Made by a program: the position numbers and the translations under genes | In this document: in pieces, positions 23,901 through 37,000 of the stretch | How positions within the stretch are numbered: the stretch's first letter is position 1 | How the letters are laid out: the number at the start of each line of letters is the position of its first letter | Notes under the pieces: generated by a model | What the model was told of the DNA's origin: nothing | The model's database searches: none | Seen by the model: only the letters and a program-made list of their open reading frames with translations | Assembly: GCA_964016885.1 (NCBI GenBank) | Contig: OZ024743.1 | Span: forward strand, 137,578,001-137,642,000 | Reading direction: 5' to 3' | DNA from: Eledone cirrhosa | Taxonomy: Eukaryota | DNA length: 64,000 nucleotides

Positions 23901-25900
23901 TTGGTGCTTGGTGCTTGGTGTTTGGTGCTTGGTTCTTGGTGTTTGGTGCTTGGTGTTTGGAGCTTGGTGCTTGGTGTTTGGTGCTTGGTGCTTGGTGTTT
24001 GTACTTGGTGCTTGGTGCTTGGTGTTTGGTGCTTGGTTCTTGGTGTTTGGTGCTTGGTGTTTGGTGCTGGGTGCTTGGTGTTTTGTGCTTGGTTCTTGGT
24101 GTTTGGTGTTTGGTGCTTGGTACTTGGTGTCTGGAGCTTGGTGTTTGGTGTTTGGTGCTTGGTGTTTGGTGCTTGGTGCTTGGTATTTGGTGTTTGGTGT
24201 TTGATGCTTGGTGTTTTATGCTTGGTGCTTGGTGTTTGGTGCTTGGTGTTTGTATTTGGTGCTTGGTGCTTGGTGTTTTGTGCTTGGTTCTTGGTGTTTG
24301 GTGTTTGGTGCTTGGTACTTGGTGCTTGGTGTTAGGTGTTTGGTGTTTGGTGCTTGGTGTTTGGTGTTTGGTCCTTGGTGCTTGGTGCTTGGTGTTTAGT
24401 GCTTGGTGCTTGGTGTTTGTTGTTTGGTGCTTTCTGTTTGCTGCTTGGTGTTTGCTGCTTGGTGCTTGGTGCTTGGTGTTTGGTGTTTGGTGCTAGGTGC
24501 TTGGTGTTTGGTGTTTGGTGTTTGATGCTTGGTGTTTGGTGCTTGGTGTTTGGTGCTTGGTGCTTGGGGCTTGGTGTTTGGTGCTTGGTGCTTGGTGCTT
24601 GGTGTTTGGTGCTTGGTGCTTGGTGTTTGGTGTTTGGTGTTTGGTGCTTGGTGCTTGGTGTTTGGTGCTTGGTGCTTGGTGCTGGGTGGTTGGTATTTGG
24701 TGCTTGGTGCTTGGTGTTTGGTGCTTGGTGCTTGGTGCTTGGTGTTTGGTGCTTGCTGCTTGGTGCTTGGTCTTTGGTGCTTGGTGTTTGGTGTTTGGTG
24801 CTTGGTGCTTTGTGTTTGGTGCTTGGTGATTAGTGTTTGGTGCTTGGTACTTGGTGTTTGGTGCTTGGTGTTTGGTGTTTGCTGTTTGGTGTTTGGTGTA
24901 TGCTGTTTGCTGTTTGGTGTCTGCTTTTTGGTGTTTGGTGTTTGCTGTATGGTGTTTGCTGTTTCGTGTTTGGTGTTTGCTGTTTGGTGTTTGGTGTTTG
25001 CTGTTTGGTGTTTGGTCTTTGGTGCTTGGTGTTTGGTGCTTGGTGCTTGGTGTTTGGTGTTTGGTGCTTGGTGCTTGGTGCTTGGTGTTTGGTGCTTGGT
25101 GTCTGGTGCTTGGTGTCTGGTGCTTGGTGTTTGGTGTTTGGTGTTTGGTGCTTGGTGTTTGGTGTTTGGTGTTTGGTGTTTGGTGCTTGTTGCTTGGTGC
25201 TTGGTGCTTGGTGTTTGGTGCTTGGTGCTTGGTGTTTGGTGCTGGGTGCTTGGTGTTTGGTGCTTGGTGCTTGGTGCTTGGTGTTTGGTGTTTGGTGCTT
25301 GGTGCTTGGTGTTTGGTGTTTGGTGTTATATGCTTGGTGTTTGATGCTTGGTGCTTGGTGCTTGGTGTTTGGTGTTTGGTGCTTGGTGTTTTATGCTTGG
25401 TGTTTGATGTTTGGTGCTTGGTGCTTGGTTTTTGGTGCTTGGTGCTTGGTGTTTCTACTTGGTGCTTGGTGCTTGGTTCATGGTGTTTGGTGCTTGGTGC
25501 TTGGTGCTTGGTGCTTGGTGTTTGGTGCTTGGTGCCTGGTGCTTGGTGCCTGGTGCTTGGTGCTTGGTGCTTGGTGTTTGGTGCTTGGTGTTTGGTGCTT
25601 GGTATTAGGTGTTTGGTGCTTGGTGCTTGGTGTTTGGTGTTTGGTGCTTGGTGTTTGGTGCTTGGTGTTTGGTGTTTGGTGCTTGGTGCTTGGTGCTTGG
25701 TACTTGGTGCTTGGTGCTTGGTGTTAGGTGTTTGGTGCTTGGTGCTTGGTGTTTGGCTTTTGGTGCTTGGTGCTTGGTGTTTGGTGTTTGGTGCTTGCTG
25801 CTGGCTGCTTGGTGTTTGGTGCTTGGTGTTTGGTGCTTGGTGTTTGGTGTTTGGTACTAGGTGCTTGGTGCTTGGTGTTTGGTGCTTGGTGCTTGGTGTT
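14980..25900 (+). repeat. Diverged higher-order duplication with offset drifting from ~5.8 to ~6.7 kb
   Basis: Matching ORFs and variants at offsets 5,790 (14981/20771), 5,853 (16015/21868, 16579/22432, 16862/22715) and 6,671 (17826/24497, 18162/24833). The rare variant GGTATCTGG is shared at ~16581 and ~22434. Confidence 0.75.
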
Positions 25901-28900
25901 TGGTGTTTGGTGATTGGTGCTTGGTGTTTGGTGCTTGGTGCTGGGTTCTGGGTGGTTGGTGTTTGGTGCTTGGTGTTTGGTGCTGGGTGCTTGGTGTTTG
26001 GTGCTTGGTGCTTGGTCTTTGGTGTTTGGTGTTTGGTGTTTGGGGCTTGGTGCTTGGTGCTTGGTGTTTGGTGCTTGGTGCTTGGTGTTTGGTGCTTGGT
26101 GCTTAGTGTTTGGTGCTAGGTGCTTGGGGTTTGGTGTTTGGTGCTTGGTGCTTGGTGTTTGGTGCTTGGTGCTTGGTGTTTGGTGTTTGGTGCTTGGTGC
26201 TTGGTGTTTGGTGTTTCCTGTTTGGTGTTTGGTGTTTGGTGTCTGGTGTTTGCTGTTTGGTGTCTGCTTTTTGGTGTTTGGTGTTTGCTGTATGTTATTT
26301 GCTGTTTGGTGTTTGGTGTTTGGTGTTTGGTGCTTGGTGCTTGGTGTTTGGTGCTTGGTGCTTGGTGTTTGGTGCCTGGTGCTTGGGGCTTGGTGTTTGG
26401 TGTTTGGTGCTTGGTGCTTGGAGTTTGGTGTTTGGTGCTTGGTGCTTGGTGTTTTGTGTTTGGTGTTTGGTTTTTGGTGCTTGGTGCTTGGTGCTTGGTG
26501 CTTGGTGTTTGTACTTGGTGCTTGGTGCTTGGTGTTTGGTTCTTGGTTCTTGGTGTTTGGTACTTGGTGCTTGGTGCTTGGTGTTTGGTGCTTGGTGCTT
26601 GGTGTTTGGTGTTTGGTGTTTGGTGCTTGGTGCTTGGTGTTTGGTGCTTGGTGCTTGGTGCTGGGTGGTTGGTATTTGGTGCTTGGTGCTTGGTGTTTGG
26701 TGCTTGGTGCTTGGTGCTTGGTGTTTGGTGCTTGGTGCTTGGTGCTTGGTCTTTGGTGCTTGGTGTTTGGTGTTTGGTGCTTGGTGCTTTGTGTTTGGTG
26801 CCTGGTGATTAGTGTTTGGTGCTTGGTACTTGGTGTTTGGTGCTTGGTGTTTGGTGTTTGCTGTTTGGTGTTTGGTGTTTGGTGTTTGCTGTTTGGTGTC
26901 TGCTTTTTGGTGTTTGGTGTTTGCTGTATGGTGTTTGCTGTTTCGTGTTTGGTGTTTGCTGTTTGGTGTTTGGTGTTTGCTGTTTGGTGTTTGGTCTTTG
27001 GTGCTTGGTGTTTGGTGCTTGGTGCTTGGTGTTTGGTGTTTGGTGCTTGGTGTTTGGTGTTTGGTGCTTGGTGCTTGGTGCTTGGTGTTTGGTGCTTGGT
27101 GTCTGGTGCTTGGTGTCTGGTGCTTGGTGTTTGGTGTTTGGTGTTTGGTGCTTGGTGTTTGGTGTTTGGTGTTTGGTGTTTGGTGCTTGTTGCTTGGTGC
27201 TTGGTGCTTGGTGTTTGGTGCTTGGTGCTTGGTGTTTGGTGCTGGGTGCTTGGTGTTTGGTGCTTGGTGCTTGGTGTTTGGTGTTTGGTGCTTGGTGCTT
27301 GGTGTTTGGTGTTTGGTGTTATATGCTTGGTGTTTTGTGCTTGGTGCTTGGTGTTTGGTGTTTGGTTCTTGATGCTTGGTATTTGGTGCTTGGTGCTTGC
27401 TGCTTGGTGTTTGGTGCTTGGTGATTGATGCTTGGTGTTTGGTGCTTGGTGCTTGGTGTTTGGTTTTTGGTGCTAGGTGCTTGGTGCTTGGTGTTTGGTG
27501 CTTGGTGTTTGGTGTTTGGTGCTTGGTGCTTGGTGTTTGGTACTTGGTGCTTGGTGCTTGGTGTTTGGTGCTTGGTGCTTGGTGTTTGGTGTTTGGTGTT
27601 TGGTGCTTGGTGCTTGGTGTTTGGTGCTTGGTGCTGGGTGGTTGGTGTTTGGTGCTTGGTGCTTGGTGTTTTGTGCTAGGTGCATGGTGCCTGGTGTTTG
27701 GTGCTTGGTGCTTGGTGCTTGGTCTTTGGTGTTTGGTGTTTAGTGCTTGGTGCTTGGTGCTTGGTGCTTGGTGCTTGGTGCTTGGTCCTTGGTGTTTGGT
27801 GCTTGGTGCTTGGTGTTTGGTGTTTGGTGCTTGGTGCTTGGTGCTTCGTGTTTGGTGTTTGGTGCTTGGTGTCTGGAGCTTGGTGTTTGGTGTTTGGTGC
27901 TTGATGTTTGGTGTTTGGTGCTTGGTGCTTGGTGTTTGGTGCTTGGTGCTTGGTGCTTGGTGTTTGGTGCTTGGTGCTTGGTGCTTGGTCTTTGGTGCTT
28001 GGTGTTTGGTGTTTGGTGCTTGGTGCTTTGTGTTTGGTGCTTGGTGATTAGTGTTTGGTGCTTGGTACTTGGTGTTTGGTGCTTGGTGTTTGGTGTTTGC
28101 TGTTTGGTGTTTGGTGTTTGCTCTTTGCTGTTTGGTGTCTGCTTTTTGGTGTTTGGTGTTTGCTGTATGGTGTTTGCTGTTTCGTGTTTGGTGTTTGCTG
28201 TTTGGTGTTTGGTGTTTGCTGTTTGGTGTTTGGTCTTTGGTGCTTGGTGTTTGGTGCTTGGTGCTTGGTGTTTGGTGTTTGGTGCTTGGTGCTTGGTGCT
28301 TGGTGTTTGGTGCTTGGTGTCTGGTGCTTGGTGTCTGGTGCTTGGTGTTTGGTGTTTGGTGTTTGGTGCTTGGTGTTTGGTGTTTGGTGTTTGGTGTTTG
28401 GTGCTTGTTGCTTGGTGCTTGGTGCTTGGTGCTTGGTGCTTGGTCCTTGGTGTTTGGTGCTTGGTGCTTGGTGTTTGGTGTTTGGTGCTTGGTGCTTGGT
28501 GCTTCGTGTTTGGTGTTTGGTGCTTGGTGTCTGGAGCTTGGTGTTTGGTGTTTGGTGCTTGGTGTTTGGTGTTTGGTGCTTGGTGCTTGGTGTTTGGTGC
28601 TTGGTGCTTGGTGCTTGGTGTTTGGTGCTTGGTGCTTGGTGCTTGGTCTTTGGTGCTTGGTGTTTGGTGTTTGGTGCTTGGTGCTTTGTGTTTGGTGCTT
28701 GGTGATTAGTGTTTGGTGCTTGGTACTTGGTGTTTGGTGCTTGGTGTTTGGTGTTTGCTGTTTGGTGTTTGGTGTTTGCTGTTTGCTGTTTGGTGTCTGC
28801 TTTTTGGTGTTTGGTGTTTGCTGTATGGTGTTTGCTGTTTCGTGTTTGGTCTTTGGTGCTTGGTGTTTGGTGCTTGGTGCTTGGTGTTTGCTGTTTGGTG

Positions 28901-31900
28901 TTTGGTCTTTGGTGCTTGGTGTTTGGTGCTTGGTGCTTGGTGTTTGGTGTTTGGTGCTTGGTGCTTGGTGATTGGTGTTTGGTGCTTGGTGTCTGGTGCT
29001 TGGTGTCTGGTGCTTGGTGTTTGGTGTTTGGTGTTTGGTGCTTGGTGTTTGGTGTTTGGTGTTTGGTGTTTGGTGCTTGTTGCTTGGTGCTTGGTGCTTG
29101 GTGTTTGGTGCTTGGTGCTTGGTGTTTGGTGCTGGGTGCTTGGTGTTTGGTGCTCGGTGCTTGGTGCTTGGTGTTTGGTGTTTGGTGCTTGGTGCTTGGT
29201 GTTTGGTGTTTGGTGTTATATGCTTGGTGTTTGATGCTTGGTGCTTGGTGCTTGGTGTTTGGTGTTTGGTGCTTGGTGTTTTATGCTTGGTGTTTGATGT
29301 TTGGTGCTTGGTGCTTGGTGTTTGGTGCTTGGTGCTTGGTGTTTCTACTTGGTGCTTGGTGCTTGGTGTTTGGTTCTTGGTTCTTGGTGTTTGGTACTTG
29401 GTGCTTGGTGCTTGGTTTTTGGTGCTTGGTGCTTGGAGTTTGGTGTTTGGTGCTTGGTGCTTGGTGTTTTGTGTTTGGTGTTTGGTTTTTGGTGCTTGGT
29501 GCTTGGTGCTTGGTGCTTGGTCCTTGGTGTTTGGTGCTTGGTGCTTGGTGTTTGGTACTTGGTGCTTGGTGCTTGGTGTTTGGTGCTTGGTGCTTGGTGC
29601 TTGGTGTTTGGTGCTTGGTGCTTGGTTCTTGGTGTTTGGTGCTTGGTGCTTGGTGCTTGGTCTTTGGTGCTTGGTGTTTGGTGTTTGGTGCTTGGTGCTT
29701 TGTGTTTGGTGCTTGGTGATTAGTGTTTGGTGCTTGGTACTTGGTGTTTGGTGCTTGGTGTTTGGTGTTTGCTGTTTGGTGTTTGGTGTTTGGTGTTTGC
29801 TGTTTGGTGTCTGCTTTTTGCTGTTTGGTGTTTGCTGTATGGTGTTTGCTGTTTCGTGTTTGGTGTTTGCTGTTTGGTGTTTGGTCTTTGGTGCTTGGTG
29901 TTTGGTGCTTGGTGCTTGGTGTTTGGTGTTTGGTGCTTGGTGTTTGGTGTTTGGTGCTTGGTGCTTGGTGCTTGGTGTTTGGTGCTTGGTGTCTGGTGCT
30001 TGGTGTCTGGTGCTTGGTGTTTGGTGTTTGGTGTTTGGTGCTTGGTGTTTGGTGTTTGGTGTTTGGTGTTTGGTGCTTGTTGCTTGGTGCTTGGTGCTTG
30101 GTGTTTGGTGCTTGGTGCTTGGTGTTTGGTGCTGGGTGCTTGGTGTTTGGTGTTTGGTTCTTGATGCTTGGTATTTGGTGCTTGGTGCTTGCTGCTTGGT
30201 GTTTGGTGCTTGGTGATTGATGCTTGGTGTTTGGTGCTTGGTGCTTGGTGTTTGGTTTTTGGTGCTAGGTGCTTGGTGCTTGGTGTTTGGTGCTTGGTGT
30301 TTGGTGTTTGGTGCTTGGTGCTTGGTGTTTGGTACTTGGTGCTTGGTGCTTGGGGTTTGGTGCTTGGTGCTTGGTGTTTGGTGTTTGGTGTTTGGTGCTT
30401 GGTGCTTGGTGGTTGGTGCTTGGTGCTGGGTGGTTGGTATTTGGTGCTTGGTGCTTGGTGTTTTGTGCTAGGTGCATGGTGCCTGGTGTTTGGTGCTTGG
30501 TGCTTGGTGCTTGGTCTTTGGTGTTTGGTGTTTAGTGCTTGGTGCTTGGTGCTTGGTGCTTGGTGCTTGGTCCTTGGTGTTTGGTGCTTGGTGCTTGGTG
30601 TTTGGTGTTTGGTGCTTGGTGTCTGGAGCTTGGTGTTTGGTGTTTGGTGCTTGGTGTTTGGTGTTTGGTGCTTGGTGCTTGGTGTTTGGTGCTTGGTGCT
30701 TGGTGCTTGGTGTTTGGTGCTTGGTGCTTGGTGCTTGGTCTTTGGTGCTTGGTGTTTGGTGTTTGGTGCTTGGTGCTTTGTGTTTGGTGCTTGGTGATTA
30801 GTGTTTGGTGCTTGGTACTTGGTGTTTGGTGCTTGGTGTTTGGTGTTTGCTTTTTGGTGTTTGGTGTTTGCTGTTTGATGTTTGGTGTCTGCTTTTTGGT
30901 GTTTGGTGTTTGCTGTATGGTGTTTGCTGTTTCGTGTTTGGTGTTTGCTGTTTGGTGTTTGGTGTTTGCTGTTTGGTGTTTGGTCTTTGGTGCTCGGTGT
31001 TTGGTGCTTGGTGCTTGGTGTTTGGTGTTTGGTGCTTGGTGCTTGGTGCTTGGTGTTTGGTGCTTGGTGTCTGGTGCTTGGTGTCTGGTGCTTGGTGTTT
31101 GGTGTTTGGTGTTTGGTGCTTGGTGTTTGGTGTTTGGTGTTTGGTGTTTGGTGCTTGTTGCTTGGTGCTTGGTGCTTGGTGTTTGGTGCTTGGTGCTTGG
31201 TGTTTGGTGTTTGGTGCTTGGTGCTTGGTGTTTGGTGTTTGGTGTTATATGCTTGGTTTTTGATGCTTGGTGCTTGGTGCTTGGTGTTTGGTGTTTGGTG
31301 CTTGGTGTTTTATGCTTGGTGTTTGATGTTTGGTTCTTGGTGCTTGGTGTTTCTACTTGGTGCTTGGTGCTTGGTGTTTGGTTCTTGGTGCTTGGTGTTT
31401 CTACTTGGTGCTTGGTGCTTGGTTCTTGGTGTTTAGTGCTTGGTGCTTGGTGTTTGGTGCTTGGTGTTTGGTGCTTGGTGTTTGGTGCTTGGTGCCTGGT
31501 GCTTGGTGCTTGGTGCTTGGTGTTTGGTGCTTGGTGTTTGGTGCTTGGTATTAGGTGTTTGGTGCTTGGTGCTTGGTGTTTGGTGTTTGGTGCTTGGTGC
31601 TTGGTGTTTGGTGTTTGGTGTTATATGCTTGGTGTTTGGTGCTTGGTGCTTGGTGTTTGGTGTTTGGTTCTTGATGCTTGGTATTTGGTGCTTGGTGCTT
31701 GCTGCTTGGTGTTTGGTGCTTGGTGATTGATGCTTGGTGTTTGGTGCTTGGTGCTTGGTGTTTGGTTTTTGGTGCTAGGTGCTTGGTGCTTGGTGTTTGG
31801 TGCTTGGTGTTTGGTGTTTGGTGCTTGGTGCTTGGTGTTTGGTACTTGGTGCTTGGTGCTTGGTGTTTGGTGCTTGGTGCTTGGTGTTTGGTGTTTGGTG

Positions 31901-34014
31901 TTTGGTGCTTGGTGCTTGGTGTTTGGTGCTTGGTGCTGGGTGGTTGGTGTTTGGTGCTTGGTGCTTGGTGTTTTGTGCTAGGTGCATGGTGCCTGGTGTT
32001 TGGTGCTTGGTGCTTGGTGCTTGGTCTTTGGTGTTTGGTGTTTAGTGCTTGGTGCTTGGTGCTTGATGCTTGGTGCTTGGTGCTTGGTCCTTGGTGTTTG
32101 GTGCTTGGTGCTTGGTGTTTGGTGTTTGGTGCTTGGTGTCTGGAGCTTGGTGTTTGGTGTTTGGTGCTTGGTGTTTGGTGTTTGGTGCTTGGTGCTTGGT
32201 GTTTGGTGCTTGGTGCTTGGTGCTTGGTGTTTGGTGCTTGGTGCTTGGTGCTTGGTCTTTGGTGCTTGGTGTTTGGTGTTTGGTGCTTGGTGCTTTGTGT
32301 TTGGTGCTTGGTGATTAGTGTTTGGTGCTTGGTACTTGGTGTTTGGTGCTTGGTGTTTGGTGTTTGCTGTTAGGTGTTTGGTGTTTGCTGTTTGATGTTT
32401 GGTGTCTGCTTTTTGGTGTTTGGTGTTTGCTGTATGGTGTTTGCTGTTTCGTGTTTGGTGTTTGCTGTTTGGTGTTTGGTGTTTGCTGTTTGGTGTTTGG
32501 TCTTTGGTGCTTGGTGTTTGGTGCTTGGTGCTTGGTGTTTGGTGTTTGGTGCTTGGTGCTTGGTGCTTGGTGTTTGGTGCTTGGTGTCTGGTGCTTGGTG
32601 TCTGGTGCTTGGTGTTTGGTGTTTGGTGTTTGGTGCTTGGTGTTTGGTGTTTGGTGTTTGGTGTTTGGTGCTTGTTGCTTGGTGCTTGGTGCTTGGTGTT
32701 TGGTGCTTGGTGCTTGGTGTTTGGTGCTGGGTGCTTGGTGTTTGGTGCTATGTGCTTGGTGCTTGGTGTTTGGTGCTTGGTGTTTGGTGTTTGGTGCTTG
32801 GTGCTTGGTGTTTGGTACTTGGTGCTTGGTGCTTGGTGTTTGGTGCTTGGTGCTTGGTGGTTGGTGCTTGGTGCTGGGTGGTTGGTATTTGGTGCTTGGT
32901 GCTTGGTGTTTTGTGCTAGGTGCATGGTGCCTGGTGTTTGGTGCTTGGTGCTTGGTGCTTGGTCTTTGGTGTTTGGTGTTTAGTGCTTGGTGCTTGGTGC
33001 TTGGTGCTTGGTGCTTGGTCCTTGGTGTTTGGTGCTTGGTGCTTGGTGTTTGGTGTTTGGTGCTTGGTGTCTGGAGCTTGGTGTTTGGTGTTTGGTGCTT
33101 GGTGTTTGGTGTTTGGTGCTTGGTGCTTGGTGTTTGGTGCTTGGTGCTTGGTGCTTGGTGTTTGGTGCTTGGTGCTTGGTGCTTGGTCTTTGGTGCTTGG
33201 TGTTTGGTGTTTGGTGCTTGGTGCTTTGTGTTTGGTGCTTGGTGATTAGTGTTTGGTGCTTGGTACTTGGTGTTTGGTGCTTGGTGTTTGGTGTTTGCTG
33301 TTTGGTGTTTGGTGTTTGCTGTTTGATGTTTGGTGTCTGCTTTTTGGTGTTTGGTGTTTGCTGTATGGTGTTTGCTGTTTCGTGTTTGGTGTTTGCTGTT
33401 TGGTGTTTGGTGTTTGCTGTTTGGTGTTTGGTCTTTGGTGCTTGGTGTTTGGTGCTTGGTGCTTGGTGTTTGGTGTTTGGTGCTTGGTGCTTGGTGCTTG
33501 GTGTTTGGTGCTTGGTGTCTGGTGCTTGGTGTCTGGTGCTTGGTGTTTGGTGTTTGGTGTTTGGTGCTTGGTGTTTGGTGTTTGGTGTTTGGTGTTTGGT
33601 GCTTGTTGCTTGGTGCTTGGTGCTTGGTGTTTGGTGCTTGGTGCTTGGTGTTTGGTGCTGGGTGCTTGGTGTTTGGTGCCTGGTGCTTGGTGCTTGGTGT
33701 TTGGTGTTTGGTGCTTGGTGCTTGGTGTTTGGTGTTTGGTGTTATATGCTTGGTGTTTGATGCTTGGTGCTTGGTGCTTGGTGTTTGGTGTTTGGTGCTT
33801 GGTGTTTTATCCTTGGTGTTTGATGTTTGGTGCTTGGTGCTTGGTGTTTGGTTCTTGGTGCTTGGTGTTTCTACTTGGTGCTTGGTGCTTGGTTCTTGGT
33901 GTTTGGTGCTTGGTGCTTGGTGCTTGGTGCTTGGTGTTTGGTGCTTGGTGTTTGGTGCTTGGTGTTTGGTGCTTGGTGACTGGTGCTTGGTGCTTGGTGC
34001 TTGTTGTTTGGTGC

Positions 34015-37000
34015 TTGGTGTTTGGTGCTTGGTATTAGGTGTTTGGTGCTTGGTGCTTGGTGTTTGGTGTTTGGTGCTTGGTGCTTGGTGTTTGGTGTTT
34101 GGTGTTATATGCTTGGTGTTTGGTGCTTGGTGCTTGGTGTTTGGTGTTTGGTTCTTGATGCTTGGTATTTGGTGCTTGGTGCTTGCTGCTTGGTGTTTGG
34201 TGCTTGGTGATTGATGCTTGGTGTTTGGTGCTTGGTGCTTGGTGTTTGGTTTTTGGTGCTAGGTGCTTGGTGCTTGGTGTTTGGTGCTTGGTGTTTGGTG
34301 TTTGGTGCTTGGTGCTTGGTGTTTGGTACTTGGTGCTTGGTGCTTGGTGTTTGGTGCTTGGTGCTTGGTGTTTGGTGTTTGGTGTTTGGTGCTTGGTGCT
34401 TGGTGTTTGGTGCTTGGTGCTGGGTGGTTGGTGTTTGGTGCTTGGTGCTTGGTGTTTTGTGCTAGGTGCATGGTGCCTGGTGTTTGGTGCTTGGTGCTTG
34501 GTGCTTGGTCTTTGGTGTTTGGTGTTTAGTGCTTGGTGCTTGGTGCTTGATGCTTGGTGCTTGGTGCTTGGTCCTTGGTGTTTGGTGCTTGGTGCTTGGT
34601 GTTTGGTGTTTGGTGCTTGGTGTCTGGAGCTTGGTGTTTGGTGTTTGGTGCTTGGTGTTTGGTGTTTGGTGCTTGGTGCTTGGTGTTTGGTGCTTGGTGC
34701 TTGGTGCTTGGTGTTTGGTGCTTGGTGCTTGGTGCTTGGTCTTTGGTGCTTGGTGTTTGGTGTTTGGTGCTTGGTGCTTTGTGTTTGGTGCTTGGTGATT
34801 AGTGTTTGGTGCTTGGTACTTGGTGTTTGGTGCTTGGTGTTTGGTGTTTGCTGTTTGGTGTTTGGTGTTTGCTGTTTGATGTTTGGTGTCTGCTTTTTGG
34901 TGTTTGGTGTTTGCTGTATGGTGTTTGCTGTTTCGTGTTTGGTGTTTGCTGTTTGGTGTTTGGTGTTTGCTGTTTGGTGTTTGGTCTTTGGTGCTTGGTG
35001 TTTGGTGCTTGGTGCTTGGTGTTTGGTGTTTGGTGCTTGGTGCTTGGTGCTTGGTGTTTGGTGCTTGGTGTCTGGTGCTTGGTGTCTGGTGCTTGGTGTT
35101 TGGTGTTTGGTGTTTGGTGCTTGGTGTTTGGTGTTTGGTGTTTGGTGTTTGGTGCTTGTTGCTTGGTGCTTGGTGCTTGGTGTTTGGTGCTTGGTGCTTG
35201 GTGTTTGGTGCTGGGTGCTTGGTGTTTGGTGCTTGGTGCTTGGTGCTTGGTGTTTGGTGTTTGGTGCTTGGTGCTTGGTGTTTGGTGTTTGGTGTTATAT
35301 GCTTGGTGTTTGATGCTTGGTGCTTGGTGCTTGGTGTTTGGTGTTTGGTGCTTGGTGTTTTATGCTTGGTGTTTGATGTTTGGTGCTTGGTGCTTGGTGT
35401 TTGGTGCTTGGTGCTTGGTGTTTCTACTTGGTGCTTGGTGCTTGGTTCTTGGTGTTTGGTGCTTGGTGCTTGGTGCTTGGTGCTTGGTGTTTGGTGCTTG
35501 GTGTTTGGAGCTTGGTGTTTGGTGCTTGGTGCCTGGTGCTTGGTGCTTGGTGCTTGGTGTTTGGTGCTTGGTGTTTGGTGCTTGGTATTAGGTGTTTGGT
35601 GCTTGGTGCTTGGTGTTTGGTGTTTGGTGCTTGGTGTTTGGTGCTTGGTGTTTGGTGTTTGGTGCTTGGTGTTTGGTGCTTGGTACTTGGTGCTTGGTGC
35701 TTGGTGTTAGGTGTTTGGTGCTTGGTGCTTGGTGTTTGGTTTTTGGTGCTTGGTGCTTGGTGTTTGGTGTTTGGTGCTTGCTGCTGGCTGCTTGGTGTTT
35801 GGTGCTTGGTGATTGGTGCTTGGTGTTTGGTGCTTGGTGTTTGGTGTTTGGTACTAGGTGCTTGGTGCTTGGTGTTTGGTGCTTGGTGCTTGGTGTTTGG
35901 TGCTTGGTGTTTGGTGTTTGGTGCTTGGTGTTTGGTGCTTGGTACTTGGTGCTTGGTGCTTGGTGTTAGGTGTTTGGTGCTTGGTGCTTGGTGTTTTGTT
36001 TTTGGTGCTTGGTGCTTGGTGTTTGGTGTTTGGTGCTTGCTGCTGGCTGCTTGGTGTTTGGTGCTTGGCGATTGGTGCTTGGTGTTTGGTGCTTGGTGTT
36101 TGGTGTTTGGTACTAGGTGCTTGGTGCTTGGTGTTTGGTGCTTGGTGCTTGGTGTTTGGTGATTGGTGATTGGTGCTTGGTGTTTGGTGCTTGGTGCTGG
36201 GTTCTGGGTGGTTGGTGTTTGGTGCTTGGTATTAGGTGTTTGGTGCTTGGTGCTTGGTGTTTGGTGTTTGGTGCTTGGTGCTTGGTGTTTGGTGTTTGGT
36301 GTTATATGCTTGGTGTTTGGTGCTTGGTGCTTGGTGTTTGGTGTTTGGTTCTTGATGCTTGGTATTTGGTGCTTGGTGCTTGCTGCTTGGTGTTTGGTGC
36401 TTGGTGATTGATGCTTGGTGTTTGGTGCTTGGTGCTTGGTGTTTGGTTTTTGGTGCTAGGTGCTTGGTGCTTGGTGTTTGGTGCTTGGTGTTTGGTGTTT
36501 GGTGCTTGGTGCTTGGTGTTTGGTACTTGGTGCTTGGTGCTTGGTGTTTGGTGCTTGGTGCTTGGTGTTTGGTGTTTGGTGTTTGGTGCTTGGTGCTTGG
36601 TGTTTGGTGCTTGGTGCTGGGTGGTTGGTGTTTGGTGCTTGGTGCTTGGTGTTTTGTGCTAGGTGCATGGTGCCTGGTGTTTGGTGCTTGGTGCTTGGTG
36701 CTTGGTCTTTGGTGTTTGGTGTTTAGTGCTTGGTGCTTGGTGCTTGATGCTTGGTGCTTGGTGCTTGGTCCTTGGTGTTTGGTGCTTGGTGCTTGGTGTT
36801 TGGTGTTTGGTGCTTGGTGTCTGGAGCTTGGTGTTTGGTGTTTGGTGCTTGGTGTTTGGTGTTTGGTGCTTGGTGCTTGGTGTTTGGTGCTTGGTGCTTG
36901 GTGCTTGGTGTTTGGTGCTTGGTGCTTGGTGCTTGGTCTTTGGTGCTTGGTGTTTGGTGTTTGGTGCTTGGTGCTTTGTGTTTGGTGCTTGGTGATTAGT

